DNA from: Fibrobacterales bacterium
GTDB taxonomy: Bacteria > Fibrobacterota > Fibrobacteria > Fibrobacterales > JAOPTW01
Assembly (NCBI GenBank): GCA_051532055.1
Contig: JAOPTX010000015.1
Coordinates: 85,041-149,040, forward strand
Length of the DNA stretch: 64,000 nucleotides
Direction of reading: 5' to 3'
Numbering within the stretch: the stretch's first letter is position 1; each line of letters starts with the position of its first letter. Of this stretch, positions 48,958-58,005 are shown piece by piece. A program made the position numbers and the translations under genes. The notes beneath the pieces are model-generated. The model worked only from the letters and a program-made list of their open reading frames with translations. It was not told the origin of the DNA and did not search any database.

Positions 48958-49710
48958 ATGAATAAACCTACAGTTGAACAACTCCTCGAAGCAGGGGTAC
49001 ACTTCGGTCACCAGACTTCACGCTGGAATCCTAAAATGAAACCATACATTCTTACTGAAAGAAATGGTATTCATGTAATTAACCTCAGAAAAACTCTTGA
49101 TTCATTAGATCCAGCTGCACAAGCAATTAAAGCATGTATTGCATCTGGCAAGAAAGTTCTTTTTGTTGGTACAAAAATTACTACTCGTACAGTACTTCAA
49201 AAAACTGCTGAAAAATATGGCCAGTTTTATGTAACAAAACGTTGGTTAGGTGGAATGCTCACTAACTATAACACTGTACGTAAATCTATTAAACAACTAG
49301 AAAAAATTGAAAAAATGGAACGTGACGGTCTATTCAAAGAACTTCAAAAGAAAGAAGTACTTGACCTTAACCGTAAACGTGAGAAACTTCTTGACGTATT
49401 CGGTGGTATTCGTGAAATGAAAGAGGCTCCTGGTCTTGTTTTCATCGTTGATATTAACCACTCACACATCGCAGTTGCAGAGTCTAAAAAATTGAATGTA
49501 CCAATTATTGCAGTATGTGACTCTAACTCAAACCCTGATATAGTCGACTTCCCAATTCCTGGTAATGATGATGCAGTTAAATCTGTAAGCCTCATCCTTG
49601 ACTATCTCACAAGCCAAATCAATGAAGCTCCTACTAAAGAAGATGCTCAGCAAGAAGGCGCGACTCCTGAAGCAGTAGAAGTATCTAAAGAAAAAGCAGA
49701 GGAAGTATAA
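48958..49710 (+). CDS. rpsB: 30S ribosomal protein S2
   Basis: EAGVHFGH...WNPKM, RWLGGMLTN, PGNDDA. Confidence 0.99.
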   Translation: MNKPTVEQLLEAGVHFGHQTSRWNPKMKPYILTERNGIHVINLRKTLDSLDPAAQAIKACIASGKKVLFVGTKITTRTVLQKTAEKYGQFYVTKRWLGGMLTNYNTVRKSIKQLEKIEKMERDGLFKELQKKEVLDLNRKREKLLDVFGGIREMKEAPGLVFIVDINHSHIAVAESKKLNVPIIAVCDSNSNPDIVDFPIPGNDDAVKSVSLILDYLTSQINEAPTKEDAQQEGATPEAVEVSKEKAEEV

Positions 49711-50573
49711 TGGCAATTACCGCAGCACAAGTAAAAGAGTTAAGAGAAAAAACTGGTGTTGGCATGATGCAGTGTAAAAAAGCATTGACAGAAGCTGATG
49801 GAGATATTGAAAAAGCAATTGAAAATCTTCGTAAACAAGGTCAAGCGGTTGCTGCTAAACGCGCAGGTAAAGATGCCAATGAAGGTTGTGTATTTGTTTC
49901 TGCATCTGATACTAAAGCAGTAGCAGTTGAAATTAACTGTGAAACAGATTTTGTTGCAAATGGTGATGACTTTCAAGGGGCAGGTAAAGCAATATCTAAC
50001 CTACTTCTTGAAAATGACTATGCTGATCTTGCTGCACTTATGGCTGCGGAAATCAATGGTGAGTCAGTTGAAATCACTCTTTCAAGTCTTACTGGTAAAC
50101 TTGGCGAAAAAATTGACATTAAGCGCTATGGCGTAACAGCTATTACTGATACTAATGCAGTTGCAACCTATTCTCACATGGGTGGTAAAATCGGCGTTAT
50201 TGTTAATCTTTCTTTTGAAGGCTCTGCATCTGATAAAGTTGCCCTGATTGCTGTTGCAAAAGATCTTGCTATGCAAGTAGCAGCTACAAGCCCAGTTGCG
50301 GTTAATTCTGATGGTGTAAGCCAAGATGTTATTGATAAAGAGCGTGAAATCTTTAAAGAACTCGCTATTCAATCAGGAACAAAAGAAGAATTTCTTGATC
50401 GTCAGATTGAAGGGAAGCTTAAAAAATTCCTTAAAGAAGTATGTCTTTCTGAACAAATGTTCGTGAAAGATTCAAAACTCCCTGTTACTAAATTGCTCGA
50501 AAACCTTGGAAAAGAGCAAGGTGTTACTAACCTTGTAATTGAGTCATTTACAAGATTTGAACTGGGAAAATAA
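49710..50573 (+). CDS. tsf: Elongation factor Ts
   Basis: VKELREKTGVGMMQCKKAL, EINCETDFVA. Confidence 0.99.
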   Translation: MAITAAQVKELREKTGVGMMQCKKALTEADGDIEKAIENLRKQGQAVAAKRAGKDANEGCVFVSASDTKAVAVEINCETDFVANGDDFQGAGKAISNLLLENDYADLAALMAAEINGESVEITLSSLTGKLGEKIDIKRYGVTAITDTNAVATYSHMGGKIGVIVNLSFEGSASDKVALIAVAKDLAMQVAATSPVAVNSDGVSQDVIDKEREIFKELAIQSGTKEEFLDRQIEGKLKKFLKEVCLSEQMFVKDSKLPVTKLLENLGKEQGVTNLVIESFTRFELGK

Positions 50574-50574
50574 T

Positions 50575-51297
50575 ATGTCAGAAAAGAAAGCCCTTAAATA
50601 TAACAGAATTCTGTTAAAATTAAGTGGTGAAGCTCTTGCGGGAGAAAAAGGCTTTGGGGTTGACCCCAAAGTCGTTTTTGAAATATCAAAAGAGATTATC
50701 CGCGTAAAAGAGATGGGAGTTGACGTCGCTATAGTTATTGGTGGTGGAAATATTGTACGTGGTATGGCTGCAAGTGAGCAGGGCATAGAACGTACTGCAG
50801 GTGATCATATGGGAATGCTTGCTACAGTAATTAACTGTATTGCAATGCAAGATGCTCTTGAGAAAGAAGGTGCTGAAACCAGAATCATGTCAGCTGTCGA
50901 AGTGAAATCAGTTGCTGAGCCGTTTATTCGAAGACGTGCTGTGCGCCATATAGAAAAAGGTCGTATTGTACTTTTTGCTGGTGGAACAGGTAACCCTTAT
51001 TTTACTACTGATAGTGCTGCAACTCTTCGTGCAATTGAAATTCACGCTGATGTTATTATTAAAGCAACAAAAGTTGATGGTATATACAGTGATGATCCTG
51101 TAAAAAATCCTGATGCGAAGAAGTATGATGTACTCAATTATACTGAAGTAATTAACCAGCAGCTAGCGGTAATGGATACTTCGGCAATTGCACTTTGTCG
51201 AGAAAATAGTATGCCAATATTAGTTCTTAAGATGGGTGATGGTAACCTTGAAAAATTACTGTTGGGTGAAAAGCTCGGTACAATTGTACATGATTAA
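50575..51297 (+). CDS. pyrH: UMP kinase
   Basis: LKLSGEAL, GGGN, DHMGMLAT, GNPYFTTD; ATG 50575. Confidence 0.99.
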   Translation: MSEKKALKYNRILLKLSGEALAGEKGFGVDPKVVFEISKEIIRVKEMGVDVAIVIGGGNIVRGMAASEQGIERTAGDHMGMLATVINCIAMQDALEKEGAETRIMSAVEVKSVAEPFIRRRAVRHIEKGRIVLFAGGTGNPYFTTDSAATLRAIEIHADVIIKATKVDGIYSDDPVKNPDAKKYDVLNYTEVINQQLAVMDTSAIALCRENSMPILVLKMGDGNLEKLLLGEKLGTIVHD

Positions 51298-51308
51298 AGG
51301 ATAATGTT

Positions 51309-51848
51309 ATGAGTATTGAAGAAAGAATGGATAAGGCTATTGAAGCGGTGTCACGTGAGTGGGCTAAAATTAGAACAGGCATTGCGACACCTTCACTTCT
51401 CGATGAAGTAACTGTTGATTATTTTGGTGCACCAACCCCAATTTCACATGTTTCTAGTATATCAGTTCCGGAACCGAGACTTCTACAGATCACTCCTTGG
51501 GAAAAAGGGATGCTTGATGTGGTTGAAAAAGCTATTCATATGGCTAATATGGGTCTCACTCCCGTAAATGATGGAACAGTTATTCGCATTTCAATACCCC
51601 CTTTAACAACTGAGCGTCGTCAAGAGTTTGCTAAGAAAGTAAGAAAACTCGCAGAAGATGCTCGTATCGCAGTTCGTAATATTAGACGTGATGAAAATGA
51701 TAAAACTAAAAAAGAGTATAAAGCTGAAGGGATGTCGGAAGATGATCTCAAAGGTGCTCTTGATGAGATTCAATCAATTACTGATGGCTTCATTAAACGA
51801 ATAGATGTTCTCTGTTCTGCTAAAGAAGAAGACATTCTTAAAGTTTAG
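51309..51848 (+). CDS. frr: Ribosome recycling factor
   Basis: IRTG.ATP.LLD, PPLTTERR, AVRNIRRD. Confidence 0.98.
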   Translation: MSIEERMDKAIEAVSREWAKIRTGIATPSLLDEVTVDYFGAPTPISHVSSISVPEPRLLQITPWEKGMLDVVEKAIHMANMGLTPVNDGTVIRISIPPLTTERRQEFAKKVRKLAEDARIAVRNIRRDENDKTKKEYKAEGMSEDDLKGALDEIQSITDGFIKRIDVLCSAKEEDILKV

Positions 51849-51877
51849 TTTTAGTTATCACAGATTCTAATAATCAT

Positions 51878-52597
51878 ATGGCGATACCTGATCATATTGC
51901 AATCATCATGGACGGTAACGGTCGCTGGGCTCAAGCTAAAGGCAAGCCTAGAATCTTTGGGCACAAAGAGGGATCGAAAACTACCCATAATATCGTAGAA
52001 CATTGTGGAAACATAGGAGTTAATTATTTAACTCTCTATGTTTTTTCATCTGAGAATTGGCAGCGGCCTCCCAAAGAGGTCTCTTTTTTAATGTCACTCA
52101 TGAGTGACCTCATTGATATTGAAGTCAAAGGTATGATGCAGAATAATGTTAAACTAAACATTATTGGACGTATTGAAGCTCTTCCATCACGGGCTCGTAA
52201 AAAACTTCTTGCAGGTGTTGAAAAAACAAAAAACAATACTGGTCTACAGCTTAATCTTGCCATATCATATGGATCTCACCAAGAGATTTTAGATGCCTGT
52301 AAAGGTATTGCACTAAAAGTTGCATCAGGTGAGATTGCGGCCGATGACATTGATGAAAAAACTTTTGAAAATCACCTCTACATGCCCGATGTACCACATC
52401 CCGATTTACTCATAAGAACGGGGGGGGATTGTAGAGTCTCAAACTACTTACTATGGCAAATTGCCTATAGTGAGTTTTATGTGACAGATGTGTTGTGGCC
52501 TGACTTTTCTAATGAAGAATTTGATAAGGCAATCGCATACTTTTCTAGTAAACAGCGCCGTTTTGGCAAGGTAATTGACACAGACAAGGAGCTCTAA
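51878..52597 (+). CDS. uppS: Undecaprenyl diphosphate synthase
   Basis: IIMDGNGRWA, FSSENW.RP, LIRTGG..RVSNYLLWQ. Confidence 0.98.
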   Translation: MAIPDHIAIIMDGNGRWAQAKGKPRIFGHKEGSKTTHNIVEHCGNIGVNYLTLYVFSSENWQRPPKEVSFLMSLMSDLIDIEVKGMMQNNVKLNIIGRIEALPSRARKKLLAGVEKTKNNTGLQLNLAISYGSHQEILDACKGIALKVASGEIAADDIDEKTFENHLYMPDVPHPDLLIRTGGDCRVSNYLLWQIAYSEFYVTDVLWPDFSNEEFDKAIAYFSSKQRRFGKVIDTDKEL

Positions 52598-53427
52598 TGA
52601 GCAATATGACGGTTCGGATATTGTTTGCACTTGCAGCAATACCAGCATTTATTGGATTACTCTATTTTGGAGAAATTAGCCGTAAACTACTGCTTGCTTT
52701 TCTTACTATAGGAGCAAGTTGGGAATATGCGCGCATCTTAGAAACTAAGTTTGGAAAGCCTTCAAATAAAACATTAACACCTGTTTTAACGGCACTCGTT
52801 ATATCCGTATGGTTTTGTCCTTATGAGTTGATCTCTTTTCAAAACGTAAGCATTGTTCTGCTCCCTATATTTTCTTTGATATATATTTTAAAGGCTTTTA
52901 AAAGTATTGAAGTTGAAAGACTTTTTCCTTGGGTTGCCCTTCATATATTCGGCTTCCTCTTTTTTGCATATTGGTTTGGATCTTCATTTGAATTGATGGG
53001 TGTAGGGCAAGGGTTTGAACCTGTTTTGAAGTTTCTATTTATCTGCATGACTATGTGGGTGTGCGACAGCGGCGCCTATTTTGTAGGGGTCTCTATTGGC
53101 AAACGAAAATTTGCACCAAAAATTAGCCCTAAAAAAAGTTGGGAAGGCAGTATTGGCGGTACGGTACTTACATTGCTCTTTGGATATTTTTTAGGTCCAG
53201 CGATGACTGGCCTTACTGAAATAAATGTTTTATGCTTTTGTTTAATTATGGCTATTACCGCACAAGTGGGAGATCTCTTTATGTCGGCATTTAAAAGATA
53301 TGCTGGCGTTAAAGATTCTTCACATTTGTTTCCTGGCCATGGTGGAATTTTGGATAGGTTTGATAGCCTCTTTTTTGCAGCACCAGTAGCTGTAATTTGG
53401 TTTACCTCAATAGGGAAGCTTTTTTAA
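52597..53427 (+). CDS. cdsA: Phosphatidate cytidylyltransferase
   Basis: DSGAYFVG, ISPKKSWEG, GDLFMSAFKR..GVKDS...PGHGGILDRFD. Confidence 0.97.
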   Translation: MSNMTVRILFALAAIPAFIGLLYFGEISRKLLLAFLTIGASWEYARILETKFGKPSNKTLTPVLTALVISVWFCPYELISFQNVSIVLLPIFSLIYILKAFKSIEVERLFPWVALHIFGFLFFAYWFGSSFELMGVGQGFEPVLKFLFICMTMWVCDSGAYFVGVSIGKRKFAPKISPKKSWEGSIGGTVLTLLFGYFLGPAMTGLTEINVLCFCLIMAITAQVGDLFMSAFKRYAGVKDSSHLFPGHGGILDRFDSLFFAAPVAVIWFTSIGKLF

Positions 53428-54578
53428 TGAAACGTTCAGTAGCACTTTTGGGAGCAACCGGGTCTATCGGTACTTCAACTCTTTCTGTATTTGACGCCCA
53501 TCCTGATAAATTTGATCTTTATTCTGTTGCTGCACATAGTAATTGGGAAGCGCTTTTAAAAATTGTTAAAAAATATGATGTCCCACATGTGGCCATGTGG
53601 GATGAGGGTGCTGCTCAGAAGTTATCTGAAGCACTGGGGAGAGATGTTAAGACTGGCATGAATGCATTCTTACAGTTTGTCTCTGATCCTTCAGTTGATG
53701 TTGTGCTTAATGCCCTTGTAGGTGCGGTTGGATGTCTTCCAACGATTAAAGCAATTGAATGCTCAAAAATAGTTGCTTTGGCAAATAAAGAGACAATGGT
53801 TATGGCTGGAGCCGTAATTAATTCTTTACTCAAAGAGTATCCCAATGCAAAAATCTACCCCATCGATTCAGAGCATAATGCAATATTTCAATGTCTTGCT
53901 GATCGACCAATTTCAGAAGTTTCAAATATTCAATTAACAGCTTCGGGCGGACCATTCAGAGAGTTGCCACGAGAAGAGTTTGAGAACATTACTCTTGAAC
54001 GGGCATTAAAACATCCAACTTGGAGTATGGGGCCTAAGATAACTATAGACTCGGCAACGTTAATGAATAAAGGACTTGAGGTATTAGAAGCGCATTATCT
54101 TTTTAATATTCCTTTAGATCAGATAAAGGTTGTTGTACATCCTCAGTCTGTAGTTCACTCATTGGTCCAGTTTAAAGATGGAAGTCTGATGGCCCAATTA
54201 GGTGCACCTGATATGCAAATACCTATTCAATACTCTCTCTCTCATCCAGAGCGGTGGGACCTACCAGTGGCACAGGTGTCATTACCTGATTTACAATCTT
54301 TAGAATTTTACAAACCTGATTTTTCTCGTTTCCCTTGTTTAGGGCTCGCTTTTGAAGCAGGAGAGAAAGGTGGAACAGCTCCTGCAGTTCTGAATGCTGC
54401 AAATGAAGTTGTTGTTGCTTCATTTCTTGAAGAAAATATTACCTTTAACGACATCCCACGGATTAATAAAATAGTATTAAATTCTGTGGAAATAATAGAT
54501 AACCCAACACTTGACGACGTTCTTCAAGCAGATGCAACTGCTCGAAGAACTGCACAAAGGCTCATAGATGAACTTTAA
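53427..54578 (+). CDS. dxr: 1-deoxy-D-xylulose-5-phosphate reductoisomerase
   Basis: LGATGSIG, LANKE, PIDSEH, TASGGPF, HPTWSMGPKITIDSATLMNKGLE. Confidence 0.99.
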   Translation: MKRSVALLGATGSIGTSTLSVFDAHPDKFDLYSVAAHSNWEALLKIVKKYDVPHVAMWDEGAAQKLSEALGRDVKTGMNAFLQFVSDPSVDVVLNALVGAVGCLPTIKAIECSKIVALANKETMVMAGAVINSLLKEYPNAKIYPIDSEHNAIFQCLADRPISEVSNIQLTASGGPFRELPREEFENITLERALKHPTWSMGPKITIDSATLMNKGLEVLEAHYLFNIPLDQIKVVVHPQSVVHSLVQFKDGSLMAQLGAPDMQIPIQYSLSHPERWDLPVAQVSLPDLQSLEFYKPDFSRFPCLGLAFEAGEKGGTAPAVLNAANEVVVASFLEENITFNDIPRINKIVLNSVEIIDNPTLDDVLQADATARRTAQRLIDEL

Positions 54579-55920
54579 TATTATACCACAAATTATTCTT
54601 GGATTAATTGGGCTCAGTTTTCTTGTTTTTATACATGAGTTAGGCCACTTCCTTGTTGCTCGTTTGACGGGAGTGAGAGTAAACGTTTTTTCTATTGGCT
54701 TTGGTAAAAAGTTATTTAAATTCAAAAAAGGAGATACTGTTTATTGTATTTCTGCTATTCCCTTTGGTGGTTATGTGGCAATGGCAGGTGAAAATCCTGC
54801 TCAGGATGAGTTTGAAACAGTAGAGCCTGACCATTTCCAATCAAAACCAATTCGAGTTCGGGCTGCTATAGCATTTGGAGGCCCATTTATAAATGTGGTC
54901 TTTGCCTATCTAATTTTAACACTTCTTTATATTGTTGGTGTACAGGAGCCAATAAAGACTTCAATGATTGTGGGACAAGTTCTTGAGGGTTCTGCTGGCG
55001 AAAGTGCTGGTGTTCTATCTCACGATGTAATCATATCAGTAAATAATGAAAAATCACCTGGGTGGAATCGTTTCAGAGAGATCATGAGTATCAATATTGA
55101 TAATCCGGTTCCCATTGAAGTAAAAAGAGATTCTGTAACCCTGAAGTTGTCAGTAGTACCGAGTGAATTTGAAGAATTTGGAATTGGAAGCTCTGGAATT
55201 ATTCAAAGTTTTAAACGGGTATACGCAGGGGCTACACCTCTGATTGGAACTCCTGCAGCAACAGCAGGAATATTAGAAGCTGATCAAATTTCGGAAGTGA
55301 ATGGAGTTGCCATAACATCTGCAAAAGAACTTGTAGAGGCGGTACAAGTTACTCAAAGTACACCCCTTGCACTTACTCTTATTCGTATTGATGAGCAAGG
55401 AGTGGCGACTCAAAATATAGTTCAAGTTACCCCTAAAAAAGATACACAATCAGGTGCATGGAGAATTGGCCTTTCCCTCTCTCCACTTCCACAAAAGACT
55501 GTTGTTCGTTCGCTCTTTCCTGCTATGGGCAAAGCATTTAAAACGAGTATAGAGTGGATAAAAATGCCATTTGTCTTTATTAAAAAGCTATTTCAAGGAG
55601 CTCTTAAAACTAAAGCATTGTCAGGGCCCGTAGGGATTGTTCAGGTGTTAGGTTCAACATGGATGCTTGACTTTTCTATGCTACTCTTTTTATTAGCACT
55701 TATTAGTATGAATCTTGGTATTATGAATCTCCTTCCACTTGCTATTACTGATGGTGGAATGCTTCTCTTTTTTGCAATCGAAGCAGTAAGAGGGAAGCCT
55801 CTCCCACGAAATGTTCAGGCGGCAATTCAACAAGTAGCAATAATATTTTTCATTACCCTCTTTGCTTATATATTGTGGCAAGATGTTTTGAAATTCCCTC
55901 ATTTAACCGTCCCTAAATAG
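54568..55920 (+). CDS. rseP: RIP metalloprotease RseP (site-2 protease, two PDZ domains)
   Basis: HELGH, FSIGFG, PFGGYV, two PDZ, GPVGI, NLLP...DGG. Confidence 0.96.
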   Translation: MNFNIIPQIILGLIGLSFLVFIHELGHFLVARLTGVRVNVFSIGFGKKLFKFKKGDTVYCISAIPFGGYVAMAGENPAQDEFETVEPDHFQSKPIRVRAAIAFGGPFINVVFAYLILTLLYIVGVQEPIKTSMIVGQVLEGSAGESAGVLSHDVIISVNNEKSPGWNRFREIMSINIDNPVPIEVKRDSVTLKLSVVPSEFEEFGIGSSGIIQSFKRVYAGATPLIGTPAATAGILEADQISEVNGVAITSAKELVEAVQVTQSTPLALTLIRIDEQGVATQNIVQVTPKKDTQSGAWRIGLSLSPLPQKTVVRSLFPAMGKAFKTSIEWIKMPFVFIKKLFQGALKTKALSGPVGIVQVLGSTWMLDFSMLLFLLALISMNLGIMNLLPLAITDGGMLLFFAIEAVRGKPLPRNVQAAIQQVAIIFFITLFAYILWQDVLKFPHLTVPK

Positions 55921-55951
55921 CCTTAAATACTAGAAAAAACCATTTTTGTTG

Positions 55952-55993
55952 CAATTAACTGTTATTTTTTCGATAATGAATAACAGTTAATTG
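55952..55993. repeat. Perfect 15-bp inverted repeat with 12-nt spacer
   Basis: CAATTAACTGTTATT (55952-55966) / AATAACAGTTAATTG (55979-55993). Confidence 0.9.
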
Positions 55994-55994
55994 T

Positions 55995-56606
55995 GTGAGA
56001 TTTATGTCTAGGTTTTTTTGGTTCGCGTGTATAGCATTTTTATGTATAGGCTGTGATAATAAAGAGTATTCCATCCTCATTGTTGGAGTTGTAGAACAGA
56101 GCTCTCCTGGAGCTTCAGCAGGCGTAGAAATAGGCGATATTATAATATCAGTGAATGATGAAGATCCTGAAAGTTGGAATAAATTTAATCAACTCGCTGA
56201 AACAAATCTTGAAAAACCACTCCATATTAAAATCAAAAGAGGGCTTGACACTCTTTCAACGAACCTCATACCAAGAAAAAATACAGGTCAAGGAATAGGT
56301 ACAACCGGAATTTCACCTTACCTCATGATGATACTCGTTGAAGAGACACCACCTCCTGGTTCACCGGCAAGGAGAGCAGGCTTTCTCACTAAAGATGTTA
56401 TTTTAAATGTTAACAAGAGACCAGTCACGTCATTTCTTGATATCATAACTCCTGTAAAAGAATCTAAAGGTAATGAGATTGAGTTTGTGGTTAAACGCCA
56501 AAATGCAATCGTTACTTTGCGGGTAACTCCTGCTTGTGACAGCAACAATTCTACTTGTAAAATTGGATTGCCGATGATCGGCGTATCAGCTGAAGAAGTT
56601 GATTAG
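55995..56606 (+). CDS. Tandem-PDZ putative lipoprotein, paralogous to the RseP periplasmic region
   Basis: Lipobox-like CIGC; two PDZ (SPGASAGVEIGDIIISVN; SPARRAGFLTKDVILNVN); alternative start ATG 56004. Confidence 0.85.
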   Translation: MRFMSRFFWFACIAFLCIGCDNKEYSILIVGVVEQSSPGASAGVEIGDIIISVNDEDPESWNKFNQLAETNLEKPLHIKIKRGLDTLSTNLIPRKNTGQGIGTTGISPYLMMILVEETPPPGSPARRAGFLTKDVILNVNKRPVTSFLDIITPVKESKGNEIEFVVKRQNAIVTLRVTPACDSNNSTCKIGLPMIGVSAEEVD

Positions 56607-56706
56607 TCTATTTTAAGCATGTATCTTCTTCGTTATTGAAAGCTCAGCGTACCATGGGTATGCAGTCGCCTTCAAGGCCTCAAATCTACACACTAAAAAT
56701 GGTCTA
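56604..56706. repeat. 103-bp palindromic miniature element (RPE/MITE-like)
   Basis: Ends TAGTCTATTTTAAGCATGTA / TACACACTAAAAATGGTCTA (15 of 20 complementary), TA termini, central GCGTACC-ATG-GGTATGC hairpin. Confidence 0.55.
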
Positions 56707-56804
56707 ATGCTATCTCGGTTTGCCTTGCAAACCATCGGATTCAGTTTAGAACTTTCCTGTGTGACTTTCTTCTCTTGGCTTGTTTTGTAAACCTTTGCAT
56801 TTTG

Positions 56805-57839
56805 TTAGAAGGGGCTTATTTTTGGGGTGCCGTTAGGAAATGTGATTTTTTTCTTTAAAGGAGTGTTGATGAAGGTTATCTCTTTGTCAGGATGTTGGTC
56901 TTTAAGGAGGAGATAAATTTCCTCAGCACGCCCTTCTAAGAGTCTTGGAGAGCGTATGTGAGAGAGGTCCATTGTGATTTGGTCGGGGTTGATGGTAAAG
57001 CGGGTATTTCTTCGATTGAATTCAATCGCAATGGCTTGGATAGCCTTTTTGACTGAGGTTGAGCGCTTCATTTTATTCTCTCGAGCTTTCTTAGCATAGC
57101 CATAATCACCGCTCTTTTCATAGGTTGCGATGATTGTGTCCCATGCGTTATCATTATAAGGGTTTTCTTCTAGGGCTTCAGTAAGTAACAGTACTACTTT
57201 TTGGGGACTCGATTCCACTAAGGCTTTACTATACAGTTCATCAGCTTTCTGTACACCTTCTATGGGGGCTATAGAGGTTACAACAACTTTTGTAGCGCCT
57301 GGAACATGTACTCCTTTGGGAGTGGGATCCTCCTCTGTGTAAATGAAAAAGAGGATTATGAGAGGGGTAATAAAAAGAGTCATAAAAAGTGCTTGTCGTT
57401 TTAGGGACAGTGACTTTTTTACTCGTACCGTCTGTGTTGTAATTTTGCGTAAAGATTTTTTGGGTTTGGAAATGGACGTTACTTCTATTGATGGCTTAGG
57501 CTGTTCTTTTATGGGAGTATTGGGTTCTGACGGAGTTTGAATAGATGAGTAGCCATCAGTTGGTTCATTAGTATCTGTACTTTGCTCAAAGGTGACTTCG
57601 GAATCAGGCATATTGGGCTCTTGAATGATAACTTTAAGGTCAACACTTAATGCCATCAGCCTGTTTTTGAATTTTACGATGTATTCAGGGCTTGTCTCCA
57701 TTGGAATATCAAGGGGGAGTGATTTTAAGCCTGTAATGATTTCTTCTAATCTGATACTTTTCTCTTTAAGAATAATTTGAACCATCTCTTGTAGAGTACT
57801 TTTATCCCTTATTCCTAAAATTCTTACAATGTAATGCAT
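56805..57839 (-). CDS. Hypothetical single-TM protein with TPR-like region
   Basis: ATG 57839 after GAGGAGG; TM ALFMTLFITPLIILFFIY; ALEENPYNDNAWD.I...Y..SGD TPR-like. Confidence 0.7.
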   Translation of the reverse strand: MHYIVRILGIRDKSTLQEMVQIILKEKSIRLEEIITGLKSLPLDIPMETSPEYIVKFKNRLMALSVDLKVIIQEPNMPDSEVTFEQSTDTNEPTDGYSSIQTPSEPNTPIKEQPKPSIEVTSISKPKKSLRKITTQTVRVKKSLSLKRQALFMTLFITPLIILFFIYTEEDPTPKGVHVPGATKVVVTSIAPIEGVQKADELYSKALVESSPQKVVLLLTEALEENPYNDNAWDTIIATYEKSGDYGYAKKARENKMKRSTSVKKAIQAIAIEFNRRNTRFTINPDQITMDLSHIRSPRLLEGRAEEIYLLLKDQHPDKEITFINTPLKKKITFPNGTPKISPF

Positions 57840-58005
57840 CTGTCCTCCTCTAAATAAAGTAATCAAAATTTAATCATTAGATGTTGGAAATTACAGGTCA
57901 ATGAAATTACGGAAACTATGAAGGGTAAATCTACCTGAGAGTGTGTAAAAAATACCTAAAATTTGGTATATTTGGAGCATCTTGTAAATATCACCTTAGG
58001 TGGCT

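Noticed and set aside
48717..48965. 82-aa ORF bridging rpsI and rpsB
   Set aside because: Overlaps rpsI out of frame and runs through a structured intergenic region; no protein features
56717..56733. GGTTTGC-CTT-GCAAACC hairpin
   Set aside because: Short, no U tract; cannot assign a function beyond a possible weak terminator
57867..58005. Purine or ZTP riboswitch before purD; GAAATTAC direct repeat
   Set aside because: No recognisable aptamer consensus, and a promoter-like motif at 57967 leaves only a short leader
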